From Patescibacteria group bacterium (GTDB taxonomy: Bacteria > Patescibacteriota > Gracilibacteria > UBA1369 > UBA12463), in assembly GCA_038062935.1 (NCBI GenBank), contig JBBTWG010000025.1, positions 1-46,014 on the forward strand: a DNA stretch of 46,014 nucleotides, read 5' to 3'. Position numbers and translations under genes: made by a program. Below, in pieces: positions 1 through 9,558 of this stretch; position 1 is the first letter of the stretch, and each line of letters starts with the position of its first letter. The notes under the pieces were generated by a model. That model had not been told where the DNA came from. It did not search any database and saw only the letters and a program-made list of their open reading frames with translations.

Positions 1-437
1 TCATCTGCGTCATCATCGCCGAAAACGCGACACTTTCCGCCGCAGCCGCAGGATGCCAAGCCGAAGTCGGTGCCGCCAATTCTTGTGCCGCCGCAGCCGC
101 CGTTGAAATGAAAAAAGGAACCCCGCAGCAAGCTATGCACGCCGCCGCGATGGCTATGAAAAGCAGTCTCGGCCTCGTCTGCGATCCACTCGGCGGTCTC
201 GTAGAAGTCCCATGCATCAAAAGAAACGCACTCGGAAGCCAACACGCCCTCGGTGCCGCAGATCTCGCTCTGGCCGGAGTAGAAAGTTTCATTCCATTCG
301 ATGAAGTTGTTGAAACGATGTACGAAATCGGAAAAATCATGTCCCCCAGACTCCGCGAAACCGCCCTCGGAGGTTTGGCAACAACGAAAACAGGAATGAT
401 GATCAAAAAGAAAATGGGTCTACCCGTGATACAATAG
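1..437 (+). CDS. sdaAA: L-serine dehydratase, iron-sulfur dependent, alpha chain (C-terminal part; 5' end lies outside the window)
   Basis: The reading frame is open from position 3. The translation ...AAAGCQAEVGAANSCAAAAAVEMKKG...LGLVCDPLGGLVEVPCIKRNALGS... carries the GCQAEVG and DP.GGLV..PCI.RNA signatures of the SdaA alpha chain. The stop is TAG at 435-437. Confidence 0.85.
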   Translation, partial: ICVIIAENATLSAAAAGCQAEVGAANSCAAAAAVEMKKGTPQQAMHAAAMAMKSSLGLVCDPLGGLVEVPCIKRNALGSQHALGAADLALAGVESFIPFDEVVETMYEIGKIMSPRLRETALGGLATTKTGMMIKKKMGLPVIQ

Positions 438-472
438 GATCCTACATCCTAAATCCTAAATCCTACGCCCTA
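438..472 (+). repeat. Tandem G-free heptamer array (gATCCTA cATCCTA aATCCTA aATCCTA cgCCCTA) directly upstream of the purN coding sequence
   Basis: Read directly from the sequence. It has 4 good units and 1 degenerate 7-nt unit. The same unit occurs upstream of rpsR, ssb and atpA on the other strand. Confidence 0.8.
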
Positions 473-530
473 CCGCATCGCCATCCTCGCTTCCACCCGC
501 GGCACAGACCTACAGGCCATCATCGACGAA

Positions 531-1052
531 ATGAAGGCTGGAAAAATGCCCGGCGTCGAACTCACCGTGGTTATTTCAAACAAAAAAGATTGTTATGCAA
601 TCCAACGTGCCCGCGAGCAGGGATTCAAAGCTATTTTTATCGATCCAGCAGAAAAAACAAAAGAAGCTTTTGACGAAGAAATGAGAGAAATTCTCGACCA
701 AGAAAAAGTTGATCTCATTGTCCTCGTAGGCTACATGCGCATCCTCACGACACCTTTCGTACGACACTTCAAAAATCGCATCATCAACATCCATCCCGCA
801 CTCCTTCCAAAATTCGGCGGGAAAGATTTTTTTGGCATCAGCGTGCACAAAGCCGTCCTCGCCTCCGGCGACACCGAGACAGGCATGACAATCCATTTCG
901 TCGACGAAGGCATCGACACCGGAAAAATAATTCTCCAAAAAAAAATTACTATCGCACCAGGAGAAACACCAGAATCTCTGAAAGAAAAAGTCTTGGAACT
1001 TGAAAAAAAATATTATCCAGAAGTTATCTACCAACTTTCAAAATCTTTATGA
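531..1052 (+). CDS. purN: Phosphoribosylglycinamide formyltransferase (PurN); the true start is probably upstream of the first ATG
   Basis: Family hallmarks are present: VVISNKKDCYAIQRAREQG, DLIVLVGYMRIL and INIHPALLPKFGG. The same frame upstream (474-530) encodes RIAILASTRGTDLQAIIDE, the conserved PurN N-terminal motif. No ATG, GTG or TTG lies between the in-frame TAA at 450 and the ATG at 531. Confidence 0.85.
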   Translation: MKAGKMPGVELTVVISNKKDCYAIQRAREQGFKAIFIDPAEKTKEAFDEEMREILDQEKVDLIVLVGYMRILTTPFVRHFKNRIINIHPALLPKFGGKDFFGISVHKAVLASGDTETGMTIHFVDEGIDTGKIILQKKITIAPGETPESLKEKVLELEKKYYPEVIYQLSKSL

Positions 1053-1501
1053 ATGAAATACTCATCAGTATCGGCGTCTCCATAGCGCTCATAGTCATGA
1101 TATATTTCGCACTGATGCGAAATGCCAGAATATGGGGGAAATTTCCGCTTGATGCAGACGAAAAAGTCCTCTACGAAGAAGAAGGCATCAGAATTATGAC
1201 GAGCCTTCGTGGAGAAAATCGTCAGAAAATATATTTCAATTCAGGATTCAAATTCACCAACAAAAGATTTTTTGTACTCAGTGGAAAAACTTTTATTCTT
1301 CAGATTATAAATTTTGGAAAAAATGGAGAAGATGAAATTCTCAAAGGCACGTTCTACGTCCCAAAGAAAAATTTCATGCTCAAGGAAAATGAAAAGGGCA
1401 AAAATGTACTCCGTATCGAAAAACCTATCAATGCCATGATGTCCTACCTTTTTGAAGCACCCGTAAAAGACATGCATGCGATAGAGCATATTTTGAAGTA
1501 A
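1049..1501 (+). CDS. Hypothetical membrane-anchored protein (N-terminal TM, beta-rich C-terminal domain)
   Basis: There is an ATGA start/stop overlap with purN. The N-terminal hydrophobic helix is ILISIGVSIALIVMIYFALM. I recognise no family. Confidence 0.55.
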   Translation: MNEILISIGVSIALIVMIYFALMRNARIWGKFPLDADEKVLYEEEGIRIMTSLRGENRQKIYFNSGFKFTNKRFFVLSGKTFILQIINFGKNGEDEILKGTFYVPKKNFMLKENEKGKNVLRIEKPINAMMSYLFEAPVKDMHAIEHILK

Positions 1502-1512
1502 AAAGTAGAAGA

Positions 1513-1540
1513 TTGACTTATTAGAATTATTCAGTATAAT
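1513..1540 (+). promoter_or_regulatory. Sigma70-like promoter candidate (TTGACT-16 nt-TATAAT)
   Basis: TTGACT lies at 1513-1518 and TATAAT at 1535-1540, about 35 nt upstream of the ATG at 1575. Confidence 0.5.
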
Positions 1541-1574
1541 AGCTGAAATTTTTCACCATATTCGTCAATTTTTT

Positions 1575-2309
1575 ATGGAAATGAGGCCGCCAGATGAGCC
1601 AAAACAACCACAGCTAAGAATGATTCATTCCCAAGGCAAATCTCCTGGAGCAGGGAAAGCTGCAGAATCGGGGCCAGAAAACAGGGGGGCCGAAGAGGAA
1701 GGGAGTGTCATAAGTTTGGCCAGTCAAAGATCGCCATCTCAAATAGACCAAGTGGCAGAAGAAAGGATTCAGTTCCTCGAATATCTCTACGGTGATGATT
1801 TGAGGAATATTCTCTCTCCAAAAGATTTTCTATATTTGGCAGAGAATTTGGGTCTCCAGCTACGAATTCAGGAGCTTATTGATGCTGCCCAGCGCATGAA
1901 AGATGGAGGGGGTGTGGAAAGAATGAGTATGGCAATAAATCTCCGAAGAAATGATCCAGGGCCTTTGCTAGAAGAAACGCGACAATTCGTAAGAGGGTTG
2001 CTGGCAGAAAAAAGTCCCGGAATACAAATCAATTTTACGCAAAAAGAGCCAGTGAGATTCATCGATAGAGGCTTTGTGTTGAAGCGCGATTTCAAAGGTC
2101 TCATGAGACGGATAAGAAGAGAAAGGGGTTCAAGGGAAGCAGGGGAAGAGTTTGAAGTTTTTGTACGGACAGGAGAGAGTGACAAGACAGTCAGTCCTGT
2201 CATTTTGAGAGAACTTCGCATCCTTCATGATGCGAAGGAGACCCCCGCACTCAAAACGGTTATTCAGCGGTTTTTCCGCCCTAATAGGATATTTGACGAT
2301 CAACTTTGA
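1575..2309 (+). CDS. Hypothetical protein (disordered Pro/Gly/Glu-rich N-terminus)
   Basis: A 244-aa ORF with its own promoter candidate upstream. It has no recognisable motifs. Confidence 0.55.
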   Translation: MEMRPPDEPKQPQLRMIHSQGKSPGAGKAAESGPENRGAEEEGSVISLASQRSPSQIDQVAEERIQFLEYLYGDDLRNILSPKDFLYLAENLGLQLRIQELIDAAQRMKDGGGVERMSMAINLRRNDPGPLLEETRQFVRGLLAEKSPGIQINFTQKEPVRFIDRGFVLKRDFKGLMRRIRRERGSREAGEEFEVFVRTGESDKTVSPVILRELRILHDAKETPALKTVIQRFFRPNRIFDDQL

Positions 2310-2333
2310 AAAATCAGAAAAATATGCTATAAT
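2306..2333 (+). promoter_or_regulatory. Sigma70-like promoter candidate with extended -10 (TTGAAA-16 nt-TGcTATAAT) for the giant surface-protein genes
   Basis: TTGAAA lies at 2306-2311, TG at 2325-2326 and TATAAT at 2328-2333. An A-rich leader follows up to the ATG at 2384. Confidence 0.5.
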
Positions 2334-2383
2334 AAACCGAAGCCATAAAAGCTTTCAAAAATCAAAAAATAAAAATCAAAAAT

Positions 2384-5300
2384 ATGGATGTGCAAAATCC
2401 CGTTCCAACTCCGATCATAAATCCAGAAACTTCAGAGAAGAGGACGAAGATTCTAGGAATTTTTGTAGTTATCATTATTGCAGGTTTGGTGAGCTATTTT
2501 TTCTCACAATCAAGCCTTTTCCGGGGAACTTTTTTGACTCCAGGAAGTGAAGAAGAAGCTCAAGTCAAAGACACATTGAAAAGCATTGCCGACAACGCCG
2601 AGAGTGCTGAGTACGAAATGCATTATCAAAATAGTGTGGGCGATGAAAATCTCGATGGAGGGGGAAATATCGATCTCAAAATCACAGGAAAAGTAGATTT
2701 CACGGAAACTCCAGGAGTAGAAAAAAAATATCATATCGACATCACCGGAACAGGATCAGGGGTTGTAGTAAACGATACGAGTTGCCAAATTGCAAAGGTA
2801 GAATTCATGAAACCAGCAGGTTGGTATTACAAAAAAAGCACATCGACAATGCCACTGACACAAAGTTCAGGAGGTGATAATTTTGCTATAAAAGGCGAGG
2901 TTCTCTGCGGAAAAACTCCAACATTGAAAGCGATTATAGGGTTCAACGGAGGTGATCCATCAGAAAAAGAAGGCATACCTTTTGATCTGACAAAAAGTGT
3001 CGATGTTCCGGGAGTTTATGTTTTTAATCTGGAGAAAGCAAAAGAAGGTCTCAAGCAGGGATTATATAATTTCAAATTCGTATTAAGCACAGAAGGTTTT
3101 GAAACAACCAAGGAATACACGCTTGATATTCCAAAAGGCATTCCAGAAACGATGACACTGAAGTCTGTCATCACGGGACAGAACATAGAAATTACGGCAT
3201 CAAAAAATACTGATCATCCGGATGGCGAGTACACCTACGCCATCTACACATCAGCAACTCTCCCGGTCAAAACACCAGTAGAAACGCCAGCAGGAACTCT
3301 AACAAATGACAAATATACCGACACATTGGCAGACGGAAAGAGTCGGTATTACAAAGTCATCGGACTCGATAGCCAGAAAAATATTATTGCCACGAGTGAT
3401 TCGATTCTTGTACAGCCAGAAGGCACTTGCATAATTTCAAAAATAGAATATATCAATTCTCCAAATTTCGTGTACCAGAGTGCATCAACACTGCCGCTCA
3501 GTCCTCAGGAAGCCGAAAAGGCGTCAATCAAAGGAGAAGTAACATGTGATACAACAAAGGCAGCAGATCCAATCCTCAATGTGGTTGCAACATCAGCAAA
3601 GGATGGAGTGAGCCCAAAAATAAAAATTAATTTAAAAAAAGAAGCAGAAGGGAAATATTCTTTCCAGGAAAGTACGGAATCGGGGACAAAAGAAGAGCCA
3701 TTAAATCTCAATTTTATATTGAGTGCAGGAAATACAGACACAGAGCAGGCATATACATTGCATCTCAAAAAAGTCATTCCAAAAGAAATTACAACGTCTC
3801 ACTATGAAAAAACAGATGCCGGAATAAAATTGAGCTGGGCCTACAGCAGACCACTCAAGGAATTTCCAGGAAATGAAGGACTGTATAAAGTCTATAGAAG
3901 TGAAACCTCATTCAACCTGCCAGCAAAAGTCACAGGAGATTTCATAGATAAAATAGTCAGCACTGTAGTGGTAAAAGAACTCCCAAAAAACACAGAATTT
4001 GGAGAAACAACATGGACCGACACAGGGGCAACAGACAATTCAAAAAATTATCATTATTTTATCGCAGCATTTGAATACCTCAACTCGGAAAAAATAAAAC
4101 AGAGAGTCGTAGCGATATCAGATGAACTGTCAGGTACCAATAGCATAGAGCTGAGCACAGTCACAACCGAAGGAAATGTAAAACTCAGCTGGAAAGTTTC
4201 GAAAGATCCGTCTGTAGTTATAAAAAAATATACTATTTACAGGTCGACCGTACATTTGGCGCCGTTCATCAGCACTAATAAAATTGGAGAAGTATTGGCA
4301 GGGGGTAAGTTCGAATACAATGATGCCCTCGCAGAAGAAGATGTGTACTATCGTGTACTCGCCATCAATGAAGATGAGGAAAATCCTGTCATTGCAAGCA
4401 ATGAAGCTTATGTAAAATCATCACTCTTGCCAGGCACAAAAATAATTCCAAAAGAAATTACATCGTTCACAGGAACGAGAGTGGAAACCGGAGTAAATCT
4501 CCAGTGGACATATGGAAAACCAGCGGCAGAATTCCTCGGATATAAAATATATAGAAGTGAATCTCCATGGAATCTCAAAACAGAAGATATAGAAAAGTTT
4601 ATACAAGATCAGAAAGAAATAAAAAATCTTCTATCAACTGAAAAATCATGGGCAGATACAGGGGCAAGTGACAAGGAAAAAGATTATTATTACATGGTTA
4701 TTGCCTTTAATAGTAAATTCAAGCCAATTGGAATATCAGACGAACTGAAAGTAGAAAAAGGCCCATTCCCACAAACTATCGCTGCGAGCGCTACAACGAC
4801 GAAAGGAACAGTAAAAATTCAGTGGCCCGAAGATCCAGAAATAATGGCACGGACAGTCGCTTTGGATCTCACGATGATACCTGGCGGTACCATCTCTGTT
4901 TACAGCGAAAATCCTTCACAGCAGGAACAGATGGAGGTGCAGGATTATGTCCTCTACACAGCAGCATCGACACCAGTCTCAAAAGATCCAAATAAGAAAA
5001 TAGTAATAAAATGGCCAAGAGATCAAGTGCTAGATAATTATGGCGAAACATACTTTGAGCCAGTGGGGAATATTTGTAACAAATATTACGTGATATTTGC
5101 AGAAAGACCGGATGGAACAGTAGTCGCGCGTTCACCAGAAGTCGCAGCAAACTTCGGAACTTGTGCAAAACCAGTAGAAGAGCAACCTGCTCCGCAGATA
5201 TGGAAATATGAAATCCACAAATCGGCCATATCACCAGTTTCAGTAACAGGCGATCCTTGGGTCATAATAGATACCGGTTCATTGCCGATGTACTTGGATA

Positions 5301-8300
5301 CAGTCCCGAGTGGAGAAAAAGCATACTATCGCATAGTCGTGGTCGACCAAAACGAAAACATCATTACCACGAGCAACGAGATGGCCGCTGAAAATGCAAT
5401 AGCGATGTCTTTCGTCGACAGTCTCTACGCCAGCATTCTCGGTGCCAACACACTGCCACAACCAGAGAAATACACAGAAACAATAACCGGGTCAGGCGAC
5501 ATCGATGTGGCCAATCCAAAAGGTCCCTCTGGAACACTCGTGATCGACGACACATACAGAGTCACCACGAATGATGCAGTCGAATCGGTCATCATGACAG
5601 CAAAAATAGTCTTCTCACTCGACTCTGAGAACCAGAAAAAAACAGATATAACAGTCACAAGAACCGAAAGTAATGACAGTGATGGAAATACAATCAGCGA
5701 AGAAAGCAAAAAGAAATTGTCATTCGTGACAGAAGGATATGTGAAGCAGAAACTGCTCAAAGATCTGAAGATTTTGGACAATATAAAAGAGCATCAGGAG
5801 TTCATCGAGAGTGGCATCGCAAAAGGAGGCATCCAGAAAAGAATCAAAAATGATGATTTTACCAAGGGCGATGGCCTCACAACAGGTCTGGAAATCAGAG
5901 GAGAGAGCGATCTTTCTGATGAAGAAAAGGCAGAAGGAATCACGAAAGTTTTAGAAACCCAGGATCTCAAGAGATTCTTCGGAGGTGATGGAGCCACAGG
6001 AAAACTCACCATCGCTCTCAACGAAAAAGAAGAAAAGGCAAAGTTCGAAGGAGCATTGTCATTCGTCGAAAAACAGAAGATCACTTTCAAAGTCCAGAAT
6101 TTCGTGTGGAAAGCCGGCACACATTGGAATGTGACGAACATTCAGAGCCTCGCCGAAGCACTCCAGAATACATCCAAGGCCGAAATGGCATACTACTCAT
6201 CATGGATCGGCATTAAGAATGAAAACGTTGGGCGAGCGCTGAGAGTAAAAGTAGACAGTGGAATAGTCGATCTCATCGGCGATGGAAAAGATCTCGAACA
6301 TAATCTCATATTCGAGGGGCATGGCGAATATGTTCTTCCAGATGCCGCTTCAGTGCTCGTGCCAGAAGTGATTGATCTCAAAGTAGAAAAAATAAGCGAT
6401 ACGGCGACAGATAAAACAGTCAAAGTAACCTGGAATATAGTTGACTCAGAAATCGCAAAAAAAGCAAAAAGCTTCTATCTCTACCGATCAACGCAAAAAC
6501 CAGTATATACATCAGAGGAACCGATTTTCAAAACAGACAGTCTTGTATCAAACACGCACACACAGAAGCTCCCCAATACAGGAGAGAGCTATTATTATAA
6601 AGTTATCGCAAAGGATAAACTCATAGGAGAGGCCGGTGCGTCAGCCATTGCCACATCATCGGAGTTTCTCAAGTCAGGAGTGAGCAAGGCTATTGCATTG
6701 ACATGGGAGGAAGAAGAATCTGAAAAGATTGATGTTTATAACATTTACCAATCCTCAAAGAGCGATGTTGAAATGGACGAGGATCATTTTTTGGATATCG
6801 TAGACGTAAATGCATCAAATTCAGGTTCAGGGATCAAAAAATTCAAGTACATTGTAGAGTACATAGCTGAGGATCAGGAAATTCCAAAAAAATATTACAA
6901 GATTCAGGCCATAGGAAAAAAAGATGGGAAAACGATGAAGACATTTTCACTTTTAGCAAATGAAACAAAGACCGTGGAAGAATCTTTCAGCGGCGGTGGA
7001 AAATTGACACAAGCAGACACAGGCCTCACAGGAAAATTGACTCTTGCCCGTTCTTTCCAGGAATACAGCCAGGAAAAAACCAAAGGGGAGCCCGTCACAT
7101 CTACATTGCAATTGCCAATAGCCAACAACACTTTCGAATATCAATTCGACCCGATGAGTCCACCGGTTCCAGCGAACCCGGATTTGTCATGGATAAGTCA
7201 AAATTACCTGAAGAAAACTCTCGACGAGCTTCATACAGATAAAATTTTGCAGAGATACATTCAGAAAGAAAACAGCATATATGGTCTCATGAAAAAAGCG
7301 ATCAAAGAATCTCTCGTACAAAAAGGCCTTGCAGGAAAACTGAAGAAAACTCAAAAGGAACACAAATATACGACAACACTAGAAAATCTCTTCGGTGCAA
7401 TTCCTCCAGGTTTTGAATTCCTGAAGGGCAGCGAGCAGGATGCCATAGCCACAAACACGGTACAATTCACCGTCGATCCTATCAAGAAACAGTTAGAAAA
7501 AATCGAAGTGGTACTGGCATACAAAGAAGGAAATCAACTTTCTTTCATCATGACGAACTTCGTGATGCCAGAAGTGATTCCAGCTTGTCCAGACGGAAAA
7601 TACAAAACAGCAGGCATGACGGGTTGCGTAGACGTTCCAGCATTCCCAACTCCAGCAAACAAAACAGCATGCGATCAGTACGCAGCAATTGTCGCATCAC
7701 CAGATGCAAATCTGAGTCCAAAAACAAAAACAGACATGCAGGAAAAATTAAAAGATCCAATCTGCGTCGAAATAATTGGATCTCTAGATCTCCAGCTCGA
7801 TACCAAAGGCGACAGAGTCATAAAAATCAAATGGGTAGATATCCCAGGAACAAGCCCTGCAAGCAGTTATCTGGTGTACCGTTTTGAAGGAGCAGTATTC
7901 GATTTCGCAAAAGCTCAATCAGTCGCACAGCCAAAAGAAAAAACAGATTTCACTGAAACGATGCCGCTCGTGAACGGAAAAACATACCAGTACATGGTGA
8001 CTGCTATCGATGCCGAAAACAAAGTATTGAGATTCTCAAATGTACTCCCTATTCCACTCCCAGGCATCATTCTGACCAACACCGTGGTCGACAAAGAGGT
8101 GAAACTCGCCTGGACCGACACCACCGCAGGCATCGATAAATATAAAATTTTCAGATCCGAAGACATCGCTTCAAAAGGAACCGAGGTTGTAGCACTCGGA
8201 AAAGATGCAAAAACACACAACGATACACCGGCCAACCCAGCAAGCGGAAAAACATATTACTATAGTGTTGTTGGAACAGATATCGCTGGAATCGAAATGG

Positions 8301-9523
8301 CTCTTTCAAACCAGATTTCTGCAGCACCAGTAGCAATAGTCGTAGACTGCCCAACGATGATGCTCGATCTGAAAGCCAAAAAAACAGCATTCGACAAGTC
8401 ACCAACCGCCGAAAACGCAAAAGCATACAACGATGCATATGCGCTATTCATTGCAAAACCTTGTACAGCCACACCAGGTGTTACCCTTCCAACGTCGCTC
8501 ATCGCTCCAGTAGTAAATACATTCACACTCTCAGGAGTCGCTGCAGAAGGCGGTAACGTCAACCTCAGCTGGGAAGACACGAAATATGACCCTGCAAACA
8601 TTTATTACATCTATCGCGGCACGGACGCATTGACCTACAAAGAAGGCGACAATATGTTAGGAATTCCAGAAGTCACGAACGTCCAGGGGAAAACCAATCA
8701 ACAGACAGTCCCAACCGTGAACAAAGATTATTACTATGTCATGGCACTTCTCGACGCCAACAAAAAGATTATCAGAATTTCAAACAACATCAGTATCAAA
8801 ATCAATTACACGCCACCGGACAACGGAAGTGTCAATCTGCCAGTGGGAGGCGGTGGTATATCAACAGCAGAAATTCTCGCACTCCTGAAAGCAAAACAGG
8901 ATGCAGAAGCTTTCCAATTTAAGATTCAGCAATTCCCACAATTCCACAACGTCGGACCTTCACCATTCGTCGATCTCGTCCCTCAAATGTACGGATACGA
9001 CGCTATTATGCGTCTCTCACAGGCTGGAGTGATCGAAGGCTACAAGAAGCAGGGAAAATTCTTTTTCGAACCACAAAAACCGGTGAATCGTGCAGAAGCA
9101 GCGAAGCTCGTGCTCGCCGCCGCCTGCGTTGACGTCAGTGAAGCAGCAAAAAGACCACCAAAGATTTTCAAAGATGTAGAGCCATCACTCTGGTTCTTCA
9201 AATACACAAAAGAGGCTTATTTCCAGGGATATTTCAGTGGATACAAAAATAAAGTAGGCCCACCAACATTCAAGGCATCGAGCAAGATCACCCGCGCAGA
9301 ACTCGTCAAAGTATTAGTGCAAGTGCTCCGCAGAGGAGGTGTTATCAACGTTCCATCGATCCAGCAGACAGCACCATGGTGGATTCCGTTCATGCAGATC
9401 GGACTTCAGGTGCAACTCACCACAACAGAGGAGGCTATGTATCCAACAGAACCCCTCACCCGCGCGCAGACCGCAGTCATGGTCGACCGTGTGAAACAAA
9501 TCTATAATGGCTGTCAAAAATAA
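2384..9523 (+). CDS. Giant cell-surface protein: N-terminal signal anchor, at least 10 FN3-like repeats, three C-terminal SLH domains (putative S-layer or envelope protein)
   Basis: It is 2379 aa with a TM helix ILGIFVVIIIAGLVSYFF. Repeat signatures recur throughout: Y.[IV]YRS... followed by ..YYY.V.A.D (YKVYRSETS, YTIYRST, YKIYRSES, YLYRSTQ, YKIFRSED, YYIYRGTD; KDYYYMVIAF, ESYYYKVIAKD, KTYYYSVVGTD, KDYYYVMALLD). The C-terminus has SLH-type motifs: FVDLVPQMYGYDAIMRLSQAGVIEGY...PVNRAEAAKLV, FKDV...ITRAELVKVL and ...LTRAQTAVMVDRV. Confidence 0.9.
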   Translation: MDVQNPVPTPIINPETSEKRTKILGIFVVIIIAGLVSYFFSQSSLFRGTFLTPGSEEEAQVKDTLKSIADNAESAEYEMHYQNSVGDENLDGGGNIDLKITGKVDFTETPGVEKKYHIDITGTGSGVVVNDTSCQIAKVEFMKPAGWYYKKSTSTMPLTQSSGGDNFAIKGEVLCGKTPTLKAIIGFNGGDPSEKEGIPFDLTKSVDVPGVYVFNLEKAKEGLKQGLYNFKFVLSTEGFETTKEYTLDIPKGIPETMTLKSVITGQNIEITASKNTDHPDGEYTYAIYTSATLPVKTPVETPAGTLTNDKYTDTLADGKSRYYKVIGLDSQKNIIATSDSILVQPEGTCIISKIEYINSPNFVYQSASTLPLSPQEAEKASIKGEVTCDTTKAADPILNVVATSAKDGVSPKIKINLKKEAEGKYSFQESTESGTKEEPLNLNFILSAGNTDTEQAYTLHLKKVIPKEITTSHYEKTDAGIKLSWAYSRPLKEFPGNEGLYKVYRSETSFNLPAKVTGDFIDKIVSTVVVKELPKNTEFGETTWTDTGATDNSKNYHYFIAAFEYLNSEKIKQRVVAISDELSGTNSIELSTVTTEGNVKLSWKVSKDPSVVIKKYTIYRSTVHLAPFISTNKIGEVLAGGKFEYNDALAEEDVYYRVLAINEDEENPVIASNEAYVKSSLLPGTKIIPKEITSFTGTRVETGVNLQWTYGKPAAEFLGYKIYRSESPWNLKTEDIEKFIQDQKEIKNLLSTEKSWADTGASDKEKDYYYMVIAFNSKFKPIGISDELKVEKGPFPQTIAASATTTKGTVKIQWPEDPEIMARTVALDLTMIPGGTISVYSENPSQQEQMEVQDYVLYTAASTPVSKDPNKKIVIKWPRDQVLDNYGETYFEPVGNICNKYYVIFAERPDGTVVARSPEVAANFGTCAKPVEEQPAPQIWKYEIHKSAISPVSVTGDPWVIIDTGSLPMYLDTVPSGEKAYYRIVVVDQNENIITTSNEMAAENAIAMSFVDSLYASILGANTLPQPEKYTETITGSGDIDVANPKGPSGTLVIDDTYRVTTNDAVESVIMTAKIVFSLDSENQKKTDITVTRTESNDSDGNTISEESKKKLSFVTEGYVKQKLLKDLKILDNIKEHQEFIESGIAKGGIQKRIKNDDFTKGDGLTTGLEIRGESDLSDEEKAEGITKVLETQDLKRFFGGDGATGKLTIALNEKEEKAKFEGALSFVEKQKITFKVQNFVWKAGTHWNVTNIQSLAEALQNTSKAEMAYYSSWIGIKNENVGRALRVKVDSGIVDLIGDGKDLEHNLIFEGHGEYVLPDAASVLVPEVIDLKVEKISDTATDKTVKVTWNIVDSEIAKKAKSFYLYRSTQKPVYTSEEPIFKTDSLVSNTHTQKLPNTGESYYYKVIAKDKLIGEAGASAIATSSEFLKSGVSKAIALTWEEEESEKIDVYNIYQSSKSDVEMDEDHFLDIVDVNASNSGSGIKKFKYIVEYIAEDQEIPKKYYKIQAIGKKDGKTMKTFSLLANETKTVEESFSGGGKLTQADTGLTGKLTLARSFQEYSQEKTKGEPVTSTLQLPIANNTFEYQFDPMSPPVPANPDLSWISQNYLKKTLDELHTDKILQRYIQKENSIYGLMKKAIKESLVQKGLAGKLKKTQKEHKYTTTLENLFGAIPPGFEFLKGSEQDAIATNTVQFTVDPIKKQLEKIEVVLAYKEGNQLSFIMTNFVMPEVIPACPDGKYKTAGMTGCVDVPAFPTPANKTACDQYAAIVASPDANLSPKTKTDMQEKLKDPICVEIIGSLDLQLDTKGDRVIKIKWVDIPGTSPASSYLVYRFEGAVFDFAKAQSVAQPKEKTDFTETMPLVNGKTYQYMVTAIDAENKVLRFSNVLPIPLPGIILTNTVVDKEVKLAWTDTTAGIDKYKIFRSEDIASKGTEVVALGKDAKTHNDTPANPASGKTYYYSVVGTDIAGIEMALSNQISAAPVAIVVDCPTMMLDLKAKKTAFDKSPTAENAKAYNDAYALFIAKPCTATPGVTLPTSLIAPVVNTFTLSGVAAEGGNVNLSWEDTKYDPANIYYIYRGTDALTYKEGDNMLGIPEVTNVQGKTNQQTVPTVNKDYYYVMALLDANKKIIRISNNISIKINYTPPDNGSVNLPVGGGGISTAEILALLKAKQDAEAFQFKIQQFPQFHNVGPSPFVDLVPQMYGYDAIMRLSQAGVIEGYKKQGKFFFEPQKPVNRAEAAKLVLAAACVDVSEAAKRPPKIFKDVEPSLWFFKYTKEAYFQGYFSGYKNKVGPPTFKASSKITRAELVKVLVQVLRRGGVINVPSIQQTAPWWIPFMQIGLQVQLTTTEEAMYPTEPLTRAQTAVMVDRVKQIYNGCQK
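8966..9497 (+). other. Three tandem S-layer-homology (SLH) domains at the C-terminus of the 2379-aa protein
   Basis: The pattern F.D[VL]....... is followed by G.[IF].GY and then [IV].RAE...[LM] (ending RAQ in the third copy), repeated three times. Confidence 0.8.
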
Positions 9524-9558
9524 AAATAAAATTTTTAACAAATAACAAAAATTTATTT

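Noticed and set aside
2227-2550. A 107-aa plus-strand ORF spanning the intergenic region and the start of the giant gene in another frame.
   Set aside because: It overlaps both the promoter region and the well-supported 2379-aa frame. Its composition is low in complexity and Lys/Ser/Arg-rich.
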